A stretch of 64,000 nucleotides of DNA from Planctomycetota bacterium (GTDB lineage Bacteria; Planctomycetota; PUPC01; DSUN01): the NCBI GenBank assembly GCA_035527715.1, contig DATKZY010000187.1:49388-113387 (forward strand), read 5' to 3'. A program made the translations under genes and the position numbers. Every line of letters begins with the position of its first letter. The stretch's first letter is position 1. The notes under the pieces were generated by a model. It searched no databases, had not been told where the DNA came from, and saw only the letters and a list, made by a program, of their open reading frames with translations. Below are positions 1-8,286 of this stretch, piece after piece.

Positions 1-404
1 ACGCTCGGGTCCTTCGGCGAGCCCCTCAGCAGCGCGTCGGGCAGGTAGAGGAGCGCCGTGCCCAGGCTGCCCGAGCGATAGCTGTGCTGCCACTCCATCA
101 GCAGCGTGTCGCCGTGCTTTGCGAGAACCTCCCGCGCCCCCTCGCGGCTGAACACCACGTCGTCCTTCTCCGTCGCGACCGGGAAGAGACCCAGGTAGTA
201 GAGAAAGTAGACGAACTTCTCCTGCATGAGCTTGCCGGTGGACGCCTGGAGGCGGTAGCGGGCGTCGAGGCGGTCACCGGCCCGGTAGAACGTGTATTGC
301 CAGAGCGGGATCAGCAGGCAGCCGAGCGCGAGGGTGAGCGCCCGTGCCCGTCTGCCCTCGGCGAGGTGCGACTGCCGCTCCAGATTGCAAATGGGGACAG
401 TCAC
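1..404 (-). CDS. Hypothetical membrane protein. This is the N-terminal part only; the 3' end lies beyond the window start.
   Basis: The minus-strand frame is open from GTG at 404..402, immediately after the TAG of the upstream gene at 407..405, to the window edge. The translation VTVPICNLERQSHLAEGRRARALTLALGCLLIPLWQYTFY... is hydrophobic and protein-like with high GC3. It is absent from the ORF track only because it has no stop inside the window. Confidence 0.4.
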   Translation of the reverse strand, partial: MTVPICNLERQSHLAEGRRARALTLALGCLLIPLWQYTFYRAGDRLDARYRLQASTGKLMQEKFVYFLYYLGLFPVATEKDDVVFSREGAREVLAKHGDTLLMEWQHSYRSGSLGTALLYLPDALLRGSPKDPS

Positions 405-1394
405 CTATTTTTCCTCACGTATTCCCTCGGTCGCTTCGGCTTTCCACGCGACGACGTTGTGCTGGGGCAGGATGGGCCGGGCGATGGCCTCGAAAGGGCG
501 GACGAGGGCCCGCGCTAGGGCGCTCCGCGGCAGGAGCGAGCGGATGGCGAAGTGCGGCCCGAACGCCGCGCGCAGCAGGCGCCGCAACTCGAAGAGCGAG
601 AGCAGGCGCTTGCTGCGATAGGGCTTTCCCCGGCGCCATCGCACGTAGGGCTCCATCCAGCGCCGCGGCAGCCAGCCCACGCCCCAGAGCTTCACGTGCG
701 GCTCGCGCGTGAGCAGGGTGAAGCGGTTGGGCGAGTTGAAGAAGAACAGGCCGCCCGGGCGGAGGGCCCGGCGCACCTCGCCCAGCAGCCGCTCCTGGTC
801 GGGCACGTGCTCGACGACGTCGGTCGCGTTCGCCAGGTCGAAGCTCTGCTCGGCGAAGGGGAGCTCGAGCGCGGAGGCGGCGACGAAGGCCACGTTCGCG
901 ATCCCGGCCTCGGCGAAGCGCTTCTTCGCCAGCAGCAGATCGGTCAGCAGGATGTCGAGTCCGACCGCCAGGCGGGCCCGCCGCGCCAGGGCGAAGAGGG
1001 CGCTCCCCGCGCCGCAGCCGACGTCGAGGGCCGAGGCGTCCATCGGCACCGTGCGTCCGGCCGCCGCGGCGTGGCAGGCGATCTGTTCCCAGCGGCGCGC
1101 GCCGCGCTGGGGGGCCTCGGCCTCGTGCTTGTCCCAGAGGCGCTGAAGGGCGTCCCCCTCCTCGCGGTGATACAGCCCCCAAAGCTCGCGGTAGGAGCTG
1201 TCGAGCCAGCGGCGGATCACCTCGAGGCAGAAGTCCCCGTGGCGCGGGCCTTCGGGCGGGTCGGGCCGGAAGTCCGGGATGCCGTGGATGACCTCGAAGG
1301 TGCGCGGGCACGCGGGGCAGGTAAGCCCCGCCGAGGCCACTGTGAGCGCGCCCCGGCACGCTGGGCATCGGAGGAGGGGAAGCAGCTCCGCCAT
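405..1394 (-). CDS. Class I SAM-dependent methyltransferase with an N-terminal Trm112-like zinc ribbon
   Basis: 329 aa. The N-terminus has CPACRG...CPACP. A DVGCGAGS SAM-binding motif is present, together with Methyltransf_11-like motifs II and III (LPFAEQSFD, LRPGG). The ATG at 1394 is preceded directly by a heptamer array. Confidence 0.8.
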   Translation of the reverse strand: MAELLPLLRCPACRGALTVASAGLTCPACPRTFEVIHGIPDFRPDPPEGPRHGDFCLEVIRRWLDSSYRELWGLYHREEGDALQRLWDKHEAEAPQRGARRWEQIACHAAAAGRTVPMDASALDVGCGAGSALFALARRARLAVGLDILLTDLLLAKKRFAEAGIANVAFVAASALELPFAEQSFDLANATDVVEHVPDQERLLGEVRRALRPGGLFFFNSPNRFTLLTREPHVKLWGVGWLPRRWMEPYVRWRRGKPYRSKRLLSLFELRRLLRAAFGPHFAIRSLLPRSALARALVRPFEAIARPILPQHNVVAWKAEATEGIREEK

Positions 1395-1414
1395 TTCGGA
1401 TTCCGGATTTCGGA
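1395..1414. repeat. Heptanucleotide tandem array: coding-strand ATCCGAA ATCCGGA ATCCGAA, three units, directly abutting the ATG of the 405..1394 gene
   Basis: The plus strand reads TTCGGAT TCCGGAT TTCGGAT. On the coding (minus) strand the last unit runs straight into the start codon (…ATCCGAAATG). Confidence 0.8.
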
Positions 1415-1574
1415 TGTCGCTCTCTCCCGGTGGCCTTCGCGTTGAGGGTACGCGCCGTCCGCGCCCCTGTCAAGTTCCCCTCGCCGCTTGCGAAAGGGCA
1501 TGGGCCGTGGTATTATCCCTTCCGCGTTGATGTACGGCGTCTCCTCGCCCCTCCGGAGCTTGCAGGGAGCATCC

Positions 1575-3158
1575 ATGGACAGCGGCGAACAGGGTGCGTG
1601 TGGCATGCGGCGAACCGTCCTGTGGGTCGCCGCTGTCGTCCTGGCCACGTTCCTGGTGCGGGTGCCCACGTTCCGCCTGCCGCTCGACCAGGATGGCTCG
1701 GTGTTTGCCACCGTGGCGACGACGTGGGCGGATGGAGGCCTGCCCTACCGCGACGCGTGGGACCACAAGCCGCCACTGACCTATCTGGTCTACCGCGGCC
1801 TGTTCCTCTTCGGCCCCGCCACAGGCCCCGGGGTGAACTTCACCCTGCGGGTCGGCTCGGCGCTGTGCGACGCGGCGGCCGCGGTGCTGCTGTTTCTGCT
1901 GGCGCGGCGGTTCTTTGGCTTCCGGGCGGGGGTCGGGGCGGGGCTGGTCTACACGGTGTTCGCGGGGATGCCCATCCTTCAGCTCGAGGCGTTCCAGCCC
2001 GAGCGGCTCGCTGTCCTGTGCACCGTTGCAGGGGTGCTGGCGGCGGTGGCGTATGCCGATTGCCGCAGGTATTCGCTCGCGGCCCTGAGCGGGCTGCTGT
2101 TCGGCTTCGGCTTGATTGCCAAGCAGATCGTGGCCCCCGTGGGCGTGCTCGTGTGGGCGTGGCTCACGTGGGACGCCTTCCGCGCCGAGGGGCGGGCGGC
2201 CGTCCGCCGCGTCGTCATTCACTCCGTCCTGCTCGCCGTGGGGGCCGTGCTGCCGTGGGGGCTGTGCGTGGCGTACTTCGCGGCGCACGGGGCGTTCGGG
2301 GAGTTCTGGGAGTGCACCTGGCGCTTCAACCTGTTCTACGCGGAGGAGCATCGCAAGGGCTCGCTCCTGGCCGGCGCGGTGACGGCCGCCAGGACGATGG
2401 TCTTTGACCACGGCTTCCTCTGGCTCTCGGCCCTCGGCGGGATGGCGGTCGCCCTAGCTCGGCCGGCGTTGCGCCGCTGGGGCGTTCTCCTCGTCGGGTG
2501 GGTCCTCGTGGCCTTCCTGGCGCTGATCCTGCCCGGCCAGTTCGCCTACTACTACTACGTGCCGACCGTGGCGCCGCTGGCCATTGCCGCCGGCGTGGCC
2601 CTGGGCGGCTTGTGGCGGGCGGCTCGGACCTCCCCGGCGGCCGCCGTGGGAGCCGCACTGGCCGCGCTGGCGCTCCTGGCCCCGTTGGGCCTCGCCGCGA
2701 AGCGCTCGCACGCCGTCCTCGTCGGCCACGTGCGCCCCGACCAGACGAATGTCGTCGTGGCCGACGTGGCGCGCTACGTGCGCTCGAAGACGAACGAGGG
2801 CGCCCGCATCTACATGCGCGGCGGGCGGCCCCAGGTCTACGTCCTCGCCGGCCGCCGCAACATCTGCCCCTTCCTCTACGACTTCTACTACGGCCTGCCG
2901 CCCGACAAGGCCTACCACTATCAGCCGCACAAGCTCGAGGCCATCCTCGAGGCCCTCGACCGCTGGCAGCCCCCGTTCATCGTCGTCACCACCCGGGGCG
3001 ATGGGCCCGACACGGAGGTGTTCGGCGGCGCCTACGAGAAGCTCGGGGAGTACTTCCCCGAGTTCCTGAAGCGCCTGGGGGCGCAGTACGAGCTGGACAG
3101 GAAGTGGCCGGCGCGGCCCGTCTCCCTGATGGTCTTCCGCCGCAAGGAGGCGCCGTGA
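1575..3158 (+). CDS. GT-C fold membrane glycosyltransferase (GT39/ArnT/PMT-like)
   Basis: It has many TM segments and the DHKPPL motif typical of ArnT/PMT-family enzymes. AGGGAG lies 7 nt upstream of ATG 1575. The track ORF begins at 1488, so the start is somewhat uncertain. Confidence 0.75.
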   Translation: MDSGEQGACGMRRTVLWVAAVVLATFLVRVPTFRLPLDQDGSVFATVATTWADGGLPYRDAWDHKPPLTYLVYRGLFLFGPATGPGVNFTLRVGSALCDAAAAVLLFLLARRFFGFRAGVGAGLVYTVFAGMPILQLEAFQPERLAVLCTVAGVLAAVAYADCRRYSLAALSGLLFGFGLIAKQIVAPVGVLVWAWLTWDAFRAEGRAAVRRVVIHSVLLAVGAVLPWGLCVAYFAAHGAFGEFWECTWRFNLFYAEEHRKGSLLAGAVTAARTMVFDHGFLWLSALGGMAVALARPALRRWGVLLVGWVLVAFLALILPGQFAYYYYVPTVAPLAIAAGVALGGLWRAARTSPAAAVGAALAALALLAPLGLAAKRSHAVLVGHVRPDQTNVVVADVARYVRSKTNEGARIYMRGGRPQVYVLAGRRNICPFLYDFYYGLPPDKAYHYQPHKLEAILEALDRWQPPFIVVTTRGDGPDTEVFGGAYEKLGEYFPEFLKRLGAQYELDRKWPARPVSLMVFRRKEAP

Positions 3159-3205
3159 CCGCCTTGGCGGGTGCCGAACGCTCATAGCTCGTTCCTCGTG
3201 GGCTC

Positions 3206-3237
3206 GACGACGAGGACGACGACGAGGACGACGACGA
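3206..3237. repeat. Simple 12-nt repeat (GACGACGAGGAC)n
   Basis: The sequence gacgacgaggacgacgacgaggacgacgacgag sits immediately upstream of the GTG at 3238. Confidence 0.7.
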
Positions 3238-4446
3238 GTGAGCGACATCGAAGTCCAGACCATCACCACGGACGCCGCCTGGACGGAGCTGGAGGGGGAG
3301 TGGAACGCCCTCGTCGAGCGCTCCGCGAGCGCGACGGTGTTCCTCACGTGGGAGTGGCTTCGGCCCTGGTGGCGCCACTTTCGCCGCGCGGGCGACGAGT
3401 TGTGCATCCTGGCCGCGCGGGATGGGGCGGCGCTCGTCGGCCTCGCGCCGCTCTACCGCTGCCGCATCCGCGCCTCCTACGGCCTCGGCTCCCTGCGCCG
3501 CCTCGGGTTCCTGGGCGACCACTCGGGCGATTCGGAGTACCTGGACTTCGCCATCGAGCCGGGGCGCGAGGAGGAGGTGCTGCGGGCCTTCCTCGGCCAC
3601 ATCGAGACCGACCCGGCGGGCTGGGACCTCGTGCAGCTCTGGCTGCTGCCCGAGGGCTCGCCGAACCACGGTGTCCTGCGCCGCATGGCCGCCGAGCGCC
3701 ACTGGCTGGTCGAGAGCCGCCGATGGCCCTGCCTCGCCATCCCGCTGCCGGGCGACTGGGAGAGCTACCTGGCGATGCTTCAGCCCCGCTTCCGCTCGAA
3801 GCTGCGCTCGCTCCTGCGCAAGCTGCCCGATGAGCAGGGCGCCTCGTTCGACCAGTGCACCGACGCGGCGGAGCTGCCGGAGCGGCTGGAGTCGCTCTTC
3901 GCGCTCCACCAGCAGCGCTGGCGGGCGCAGGGCAAGCCGGGCAGCTTCGCGTCGGAGGCCAGGCGGGGCTTCTACCGCGAGATGGCCGAGGCGTTCCTGC
4001 GGCGCGGCTGGCTCCGCTTTCACTCGCTGCGCCTGGGCGGCCGCTTCGTCGCCCACGAGTTCAGCTTCGAGCACCTGGGCCGCGTGTACTTCCTCCAGCA
4101 GGCATTCGACACCGCCTGCGTGGAGCTCAACGTGGGCACGGCGCTGAAGGCCCACGTCATCCGCGAGAGCATCGCCCGCGGTGCCCGCGAGTACGATTTT
4201 CTGGGCGGCGACGCCGCCTACAAGCAGAAGTGGGGCACGCAGCGGAACGAGAGCGTGTTCCTCACGCTGGCGCGCCCCACGGGCCGCACCCGCGTGCATC
4301 TCGGGCTGCCGCGCCTGGGCCGGCGGCTGCGCGATGGCGGGCGCGCACTGACACCCGCTCCGCTGCTTCGCCTGAAGCGCCGGGCGCAGGAATGGCTGCG
4401 CCGCCGGCGCTTGCCGCCCTCGGAGGGCCAGGAGGCGAGCGAATGA
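3238..4446 (+). CDS. FemAB-like GNAT acetyltransferase (Acetyltransf_6, CelD/BioF2-like; the FemAB-related type found in exosortase-associated EPS loci)
   Basis: 402 aa. The HQQRWRAQGKPG...FYREMAEAFLRRGWLRF...YDFLGGDAAYKQKWG pattern matches FemAB/CelD-like GNATs. It starts at GTG and its stop overlaps the next start (ATGA). Confidence 0.75.
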   Translation: MSDIEVQTITTDAAWTELEGEWNALVERSASATVFLTWEWLRPWWRHFRRAGDELCILAARDGAALVGLAPLYRCRIRASYGLGSLRRLGFLGDHSGDSEYLDFAIEPGREEEVLRAFLGHIETDPAGWDLVQLWLLPEGSPNHGVLRRMAAERHWLVESRRWPCLAIPLPGDWESYLAMLQPRFRSKLRSLLRKLPDEQGASFDQCTDAAELPERLESLFALHQQRWRAQGKPGSFASEARRGFYREMAEAFLRRGWLRFHSLRLGGRFVAHEFSFEHLGRVYFLQQAFDTACVELNVGTALKAHVIRESIARGAREYDFLGGDAAYKQKWGTQRNESVFLTLARPTGRTRVHLGLPRLGRRLRDGGRALTPAPLLRLKRRAQEWLRRRRLPPSEGQEASE

Positions 4447-5576
4447 GGGTCGCCCTCGTCAACCGCTTCTTCCGCCGACCCGGCGCCGTGCCGAGCGTGG
4501 TCCGCGAGTGGGCCGACCACCTCGAGGCCGCGGGCCACGAGGTCGTCGTGTTCGCCAGCGACGTGGACGCGGCGCAGAGCTCTGCCCTGCGCACCTACGT
4601 GCCCGTGCGGATGGGCGGAACACGGGCCTTCGACCTGGCCGGGTGGGTCCTCGCCTGGAACGTCCGCAGGGCGCTGCGGCGGCAGGAGCGGGTGCCCGAC
4701 CTCGTGCTCGCGACCGACTCGACGGCGTACGTCGGCGCGTGGCTGGCCTGCCGACGCCTCGGCGTGCCCGCGATCATGGCCTTCCAGGGCTGGGTCTACA
4801 GCCCGGGCAAGCGCGGCCTCTATCCGCGCACAGTGACCTGGGTCTACAAGTGGTCGGTGCGCTTCTGCGCGCGGCGGGCGCCGCTGATCGCGTGCATCAG
4901 CCGGGAAATCTACGACGGGTTCCGCAACCTGGGCGTGCCGCCCGAGCGGCTGTGGCTGGCGGCGAACTGCATTGACCTGGCGGCGTGGGACACGGGGAAG
5001 GCGGGCGCTCACCAGCGGGCAGAGCGGCGGCTCCTCTTCGTCGGCCGCTTCTCGCCCGAGAAGGGGCTGCGCTATCTCCTGGAGGCCCTGCCGGCCATCG
5101 TCGCGCGCTTCCCCCAGGTGCGGGTCGTGCTCGTTGGCACGGATGAGCCCGACGACGGCGAATTCCACCAGATGGCCCGCCGGCTCGGGGTGGCCGAGCA
5201 CGTGACGTTTGGCGGCGTGGTGGCGCGCGAGGCTTTGCCGGCGATGTATGCGGAGGCCGATCTCCTGGTGGCGCCCTCGCTCGCCGAGGGGCACCCGCTG
5301 GCGCCCGTGGAGGCCCTCGCCAGCGGCACGCCCGTTGTCGGCAGCGACATCCCCGGCCTCAACGAGACCGTGAGCGACGGCTCGAACGGCTTGCTCGTGC
5401 CGCCGCGCGACCCCGCGGCGCTGGCTGAGGCCCTCTGCCGCGTGCTGGGCGACGAGGCGCTGCTCGACCGCCTCACACGCGCCGCGCGGCCCTCGGTCGA
5501 GCGTTATGCCTGGGAGCCGCGAATCCGCGAGCTGGCCGAAGTCCACGCGCGCCTCACCGCGCCCCGAGCGACGTGA
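4443..5576 (+). CDS. GT4-family glycosyltransferase (Pfam Glycos_transf_1)
   Basis: The N-terminus is MRVALVNRFF. The C-terminal half carries the GT4 E-X7-E region (FVGRFSPEKG...LLVAPSLAEGHPLAPVEALASGTPVV). Its start overlaps the preceding stop. Confidence 0.85.
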   Translation: MRVALVNRFFRRPGAVPSVVREWADHLEAAGHEVVVFASDVDAAQSSALRTYVPVRMGGTRAFDLAGWVLAWNVRRALRRQERVPDLVLATDSTAYVGAWLACRRLGVPAIMAFQGWVYSPGKRGLYPRTVTWVYKWSVRFCARRAPLIACISREIYDGFRNLGVPPERLWLAANCIDLAAWDTGKAGAHQRAERRLLFVGRFSPEKGLRYLLEALPAIVARFPQVRVVLVGTDEPDDGEFHQMARRLGVAEHVTFGGVVAREALPAMYAEADLLVAPSLAEGHPLAPVEALASGTPVVGSDIPGLNETVSDGSNGLLVPPRDPAALAEALCRVLGDEALLDRLTRAARPSVERYAWEPRIRELAEVHARLTAPRAT

Positions 5577-5579
5577 AGG

Positions 5580-7073
5580 ATGGTGCAGGGAATGCCCGAC
5601 GGCCTGCGCGAAAAAGCGATCAGCGGCGCGAAGTGGCGGGTGCTCACCACCTACTCGACGAAGGGCGTGCAACTCGTCGGTGCCGTCATCTTCGCCTGGC
5701 TGCTGGACAAGAATGACTACGGCCTGATGGCCGCCGCGATGGTCGTCGTGAGCCTCATCCGCGCCTGCACCAGCCTCGGCATCCACTACGCCATCATCCA
5801 GCGCCGCGACCGCGTGCAGGAGGCGGTGGACACGGGCCTCGTCCTCCTCCTGGCCACGGGGGCCTTGAGCTACCTCGTCCTGCTGGCCGTGGGGCCGTTC
5901 ACCAAAGCCTATGCTCTCGACAAGGCGCTGATGTTGGCGCTCGGCCTCCTGTCGTTCTTCCGCCCCGTCGCCGCCGTGACCGAGGGCGTCCTGTACCGGG
6001 AGTTCCACTTCGGGCGGCTGTTCGTCGTCGAGGTGGGCAGCATGGTGCTCAGCACGGGCCTGGGCGTCGGGCTGGCCTGGGCGCTGCCGGCGGGCAGCCG
6101 CTACTGGGCGCTCGCAGCCTCGGGCCTCACGCGCGAGGCCCTGCACTCGCTGCTTGGATGGACGGTGTCGCCCATTCGCCCCAAGCTGCGGTTCGACCGG
6201 GGCATGGCCAGGGACCTCCTGCACTACGGTAAGTACCTGTGGGGGGCCGCCCTCGTGATGGTGCTCTACGGCAATCTGGAGCGGCTTGTCCTGGTGGAGC
6301 TGCTCACGGTGGGCGCTCTGGGCCTCTACGCGTTCGCGGCCACCTGGGTGTCGCAGGCGGGGCTGATCAGCGAGACGATCTTCGGCAGCGTGGCCGTCTC
6401 GGTCTACGCGAAGTTGCAGGACGACGTGCCGCGCCTGCGGACGAGCTACTGCCGCATCGTGCGGCTCTCGGCGCTCCTCTCGACCGCGCTGCTGGGGGGC
6501 CTCGTGCTGTTGGCGCCCGAGGCGGTGCCGCTTGCGTTCCCCGTCCGCTGGCTGCCCAGCGTGCCCATCTTCCTGGTGTTCGGGTTGTTCTACCTCGTGC
6601 GGGCGGTGGACACCACGACGGGGCAGCTCTACGTCGCCGTGGGCAAGCCGAAGTACAACATGTACCTCGGCGTCGTGAACCTGGCTGTTCTGGCCGCGGT
6701 TGTCGTGCCGCTGGTGCTGTGGCGGGGCGCCGTGGGCGCAGCCCTGGCCCTCCTGATCGCCCGGGTCGTCACGATGGTCTGCAACGCCTTCGTCCTGCGG
6801 CGCGTGCTCCGGTGTCGGCTGAGACTCCTGGTCCGGGTGGTCACGCCCGCGTTGAGGGCGGCGCTCGTGATGGCGTTCGCGGTGTGTGCGGGCCTCGTCG
6901 CCGCCTATCGGCACTGGGGCCTCATCGGCTGGCTGCCGCTGGGCGGACTGGTCGTGCTGGGCGGCGTCGCCTATGCCGCCGGCATCTTCTTCTTCGAGCG
7001 CGAGCTGTTCCGGGAGGTGGTGACCCTGCTGCGCGACGCGCTGAGGGGCAAGAAGGCGGGGAGCAATGGGTGA
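5580..7073 (+). CDS. Polysaccharide biosynthesis protein / Wzx-like oligosaccharide flippase (MOP superfamily)
   Basis: 497 aa with 12 or more predicted TM helices. The N-terminus (KWRVLTTYSTKGVQLVGAVIFAWLL) is typical of PST/Wzx family proteins. An alternative start lies at ATG 5592. Confidence 0.8.
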   Translation: MVQGMPDGLREKAISGAKWRVLTTYSTKGVQLVGAVIFAWLLDKNDYGLMAAAMVVVSLIRACTSLGIHYAIIQRRDRVQEAVDTGLVLLLATGALSYLVLLAVGPFTKAYALDKALMLALGLLSFFRPVAAVTEGVLYREFHFGRLFVVEVGSMVLSTGLGVGLAWALPAGSRYWALAASGLTREALHSLLGWTVSPIRPKLRFDRGMARDLLHYGKYLWGAALVMVLYGNLERLVLVELLTVGALGLYAFAATWVSQAGLISETIFGSVAVSVYAKLQDDVPRLRTSYCRIVRLSALLSTALLGGLVLLAPEAVPLAFPVRWLPSVPIFLVFGLFYLVRAVDTTTGQLYVAVGKPKYNMYLGVVNLAVLAAVVVPLVLWRGAVGAALALLIARVVTMVCNAFVLRRVLRCRLRLLVRVVTPALRAALVMAFAVCAGLVAAYRHWGLIGWLPLGGLVVLGGVAYAAGIFFFERELFREVVTLLRDALRGKKAGSNG

Positions 7074-8073
7074 GCCTGCCGAGCGCGATGCCCCGACGAG
7101 TTGTCCGCTCTGCGGCGGGACGGAGCGGCGGCGCCTCGTGACGAAGCGCGGCTGCGACGTCGTGCGCTGCCGCGACTGCCGCCTTGTCTACGTGTGGCCG
7201 CCCCCGTCGCGCGAGGAGGTCGAGGCCCTTTATTCGGCGGGGGACTACCACGCCGTCATTGACGAGTCGGAGCGGCGGCGCTACTTCGCCCGACGGCTTC
7301 GCCAGATCGAGAAGTTCGCCCCGCGGGGTGGCCGCATCCTTGACGTCGGCTGCTCGAAGGGCTACTTCCTGGAGGCGGCCCGGGCCAACGGCTGGGAGGC
7401 CGTGGGGGTCGAGTTGAACCGCCGAGCCGTCGAGGACGCGCGAGCGCGCGGTCTCGACGTGCGGCATGGCGACCTGTGCGACCTGGCGCTCGACGAGGAG
7501 AGCTTCGACGTGGTGACCCTCTTCGACGTCCTCGAGCACACGGCGGCCCCGCGGGCGCTGCTGGCCGCGTGCCGCGCGGTGCTGCGGCTCGGGGGCCTCC
7601 TGGTGGTGACGACGCCCGACATTGGGGGCCTGGTGCCGCGCGTCACCTACGGCCTCTTCGCCTGCACGCTGGGGGCGTGGGAGCATCCGACCCCGCCCGG
7701 CCACCTCGTGCAGTTCTCGCGGCGCACGCTGCGGCGGGCACTTGGGGCCGAGGGCTTCGAGGCCCTGCGGGAGCGCTCCGAGCACATCCCCATCGCCTAC
7801 AGCGTCGGGAAGCTCGAGAACTCGATCATGGCCGTGTTGGCCGGCCGCCACCGGAACCCCCCGACGGCCGATGGCCGACGGCCGACGGCGGACGGAAGAC
7901 GACAGTCGCCCCTCCGTCGGGTGCCGCGATACGGGGTGCGCGCGCTGTCGTGGCTGGCCATCGGGCTGGCCGGCCTGGCGGCGCGCGCCACGGGTTGGGG
8001 CGATTCGATGTTCGTCGCTGCACGGCGCACCCAGACCGAGGGCGGAAGGAGCGAGCCGCTTGAGAGCAGCTAG
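7066..8073 (+). CDS. Class I SAM-dependent methyltransferase with an N-terminal Cys4 zinc ribbon
   Basis: CPLCGG...CRDCR is followed by ILDVGCSKGYF (motif I) and LRLGGLLVVTTPD. It overlaps the previous gene by 8 nt. It also contains a 21-nt tandem duplication encoding PTADGRR twice at about 7858..7899. Confidence 0.8.
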   Translation: MGEPAERDAPTSCPLCGGTERRRLVTKRGCDVVRCRDCRLVYVWPPPSREEVEALYSAGDYHAVIDESERRRYFARRLRQIEKFAPRGGRILDVGCSKGYFLEAARANGWEAVGVELNRRAVEDARARGLDVRHGDLCDLALDEESFDVVTLFDVLEHTAAPRALLAACRAVLRLGGLLVVTTPDIGGLVPRVTYGLFACTLGAWEHPTPPGHLVQFSRRTLRRALGAEGFEALRERSEHIPIAYSVGKLENSIMAVLAGRHRNPPTADGRRPTADGRRQSPLRRVPRYGVRALSWLAIGLAGLAARATGWGDSMFVAARRTQTEGGRSEPLESS

Positions 8074-8250
8074 CGGCGAGCAGACATGGGCAGTTCAGGG
8101 GCAGGGACGAGGCCGGAGAGAAGAATTGCATACTTGTTCAAGTATGCAATTCTCTCCGTCAGGCACGGGCGTGCCGGGGGCGCGTCCGGGACGGCCCACG
8201 CTCCAGTCAACGGTCTCCCTGGAGCGAGAGAAGGAGTTGGCCGTTTGAAC

Positions 8251-8278
8251 TCCGCACTCCGCACTCCGCACTCCGCAA
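8251..8278. repeat. Heptanucleotide tandem array TCCGCAC x3 + TCCGCAA
   Basis: tccgcactccgcactccgcactccgcaa lies just upstream of the GTG at 8287, the probable start of the GT-C-like gene. Confidence 0.8.
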
Positions 8279-8286
8279 TCTCACAC

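Noticed and set aside
84-518. Plus-strand ORF at the window start (144 aa)
   Set aside because: The minus-strand reading of the same region continues a hydrophobic protein that abuts the next gene's stop (TAG 405..407, GTG 404..402). The plus ORF has no motifs.
4218-6914. 898-aa minus-strand ORF antisense to the GT4 and Wzx genes
   Set aside because: It is a GC-rich antisense artefact. Its translation is Arg/Pro/Gly/His-rich low-complexity sequence with no domain-like segments. It fully overlaps two well-supported plus-strand genes with recognisable motifs.
8086-8286. N-terminal extension of the GT-C gene from the track's start at 8086
   Set aside because: The first 67 codons include a heptamer array and are not protein-like. 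The GTG at 8287 gives a canonical hydrophobic N-terminus.
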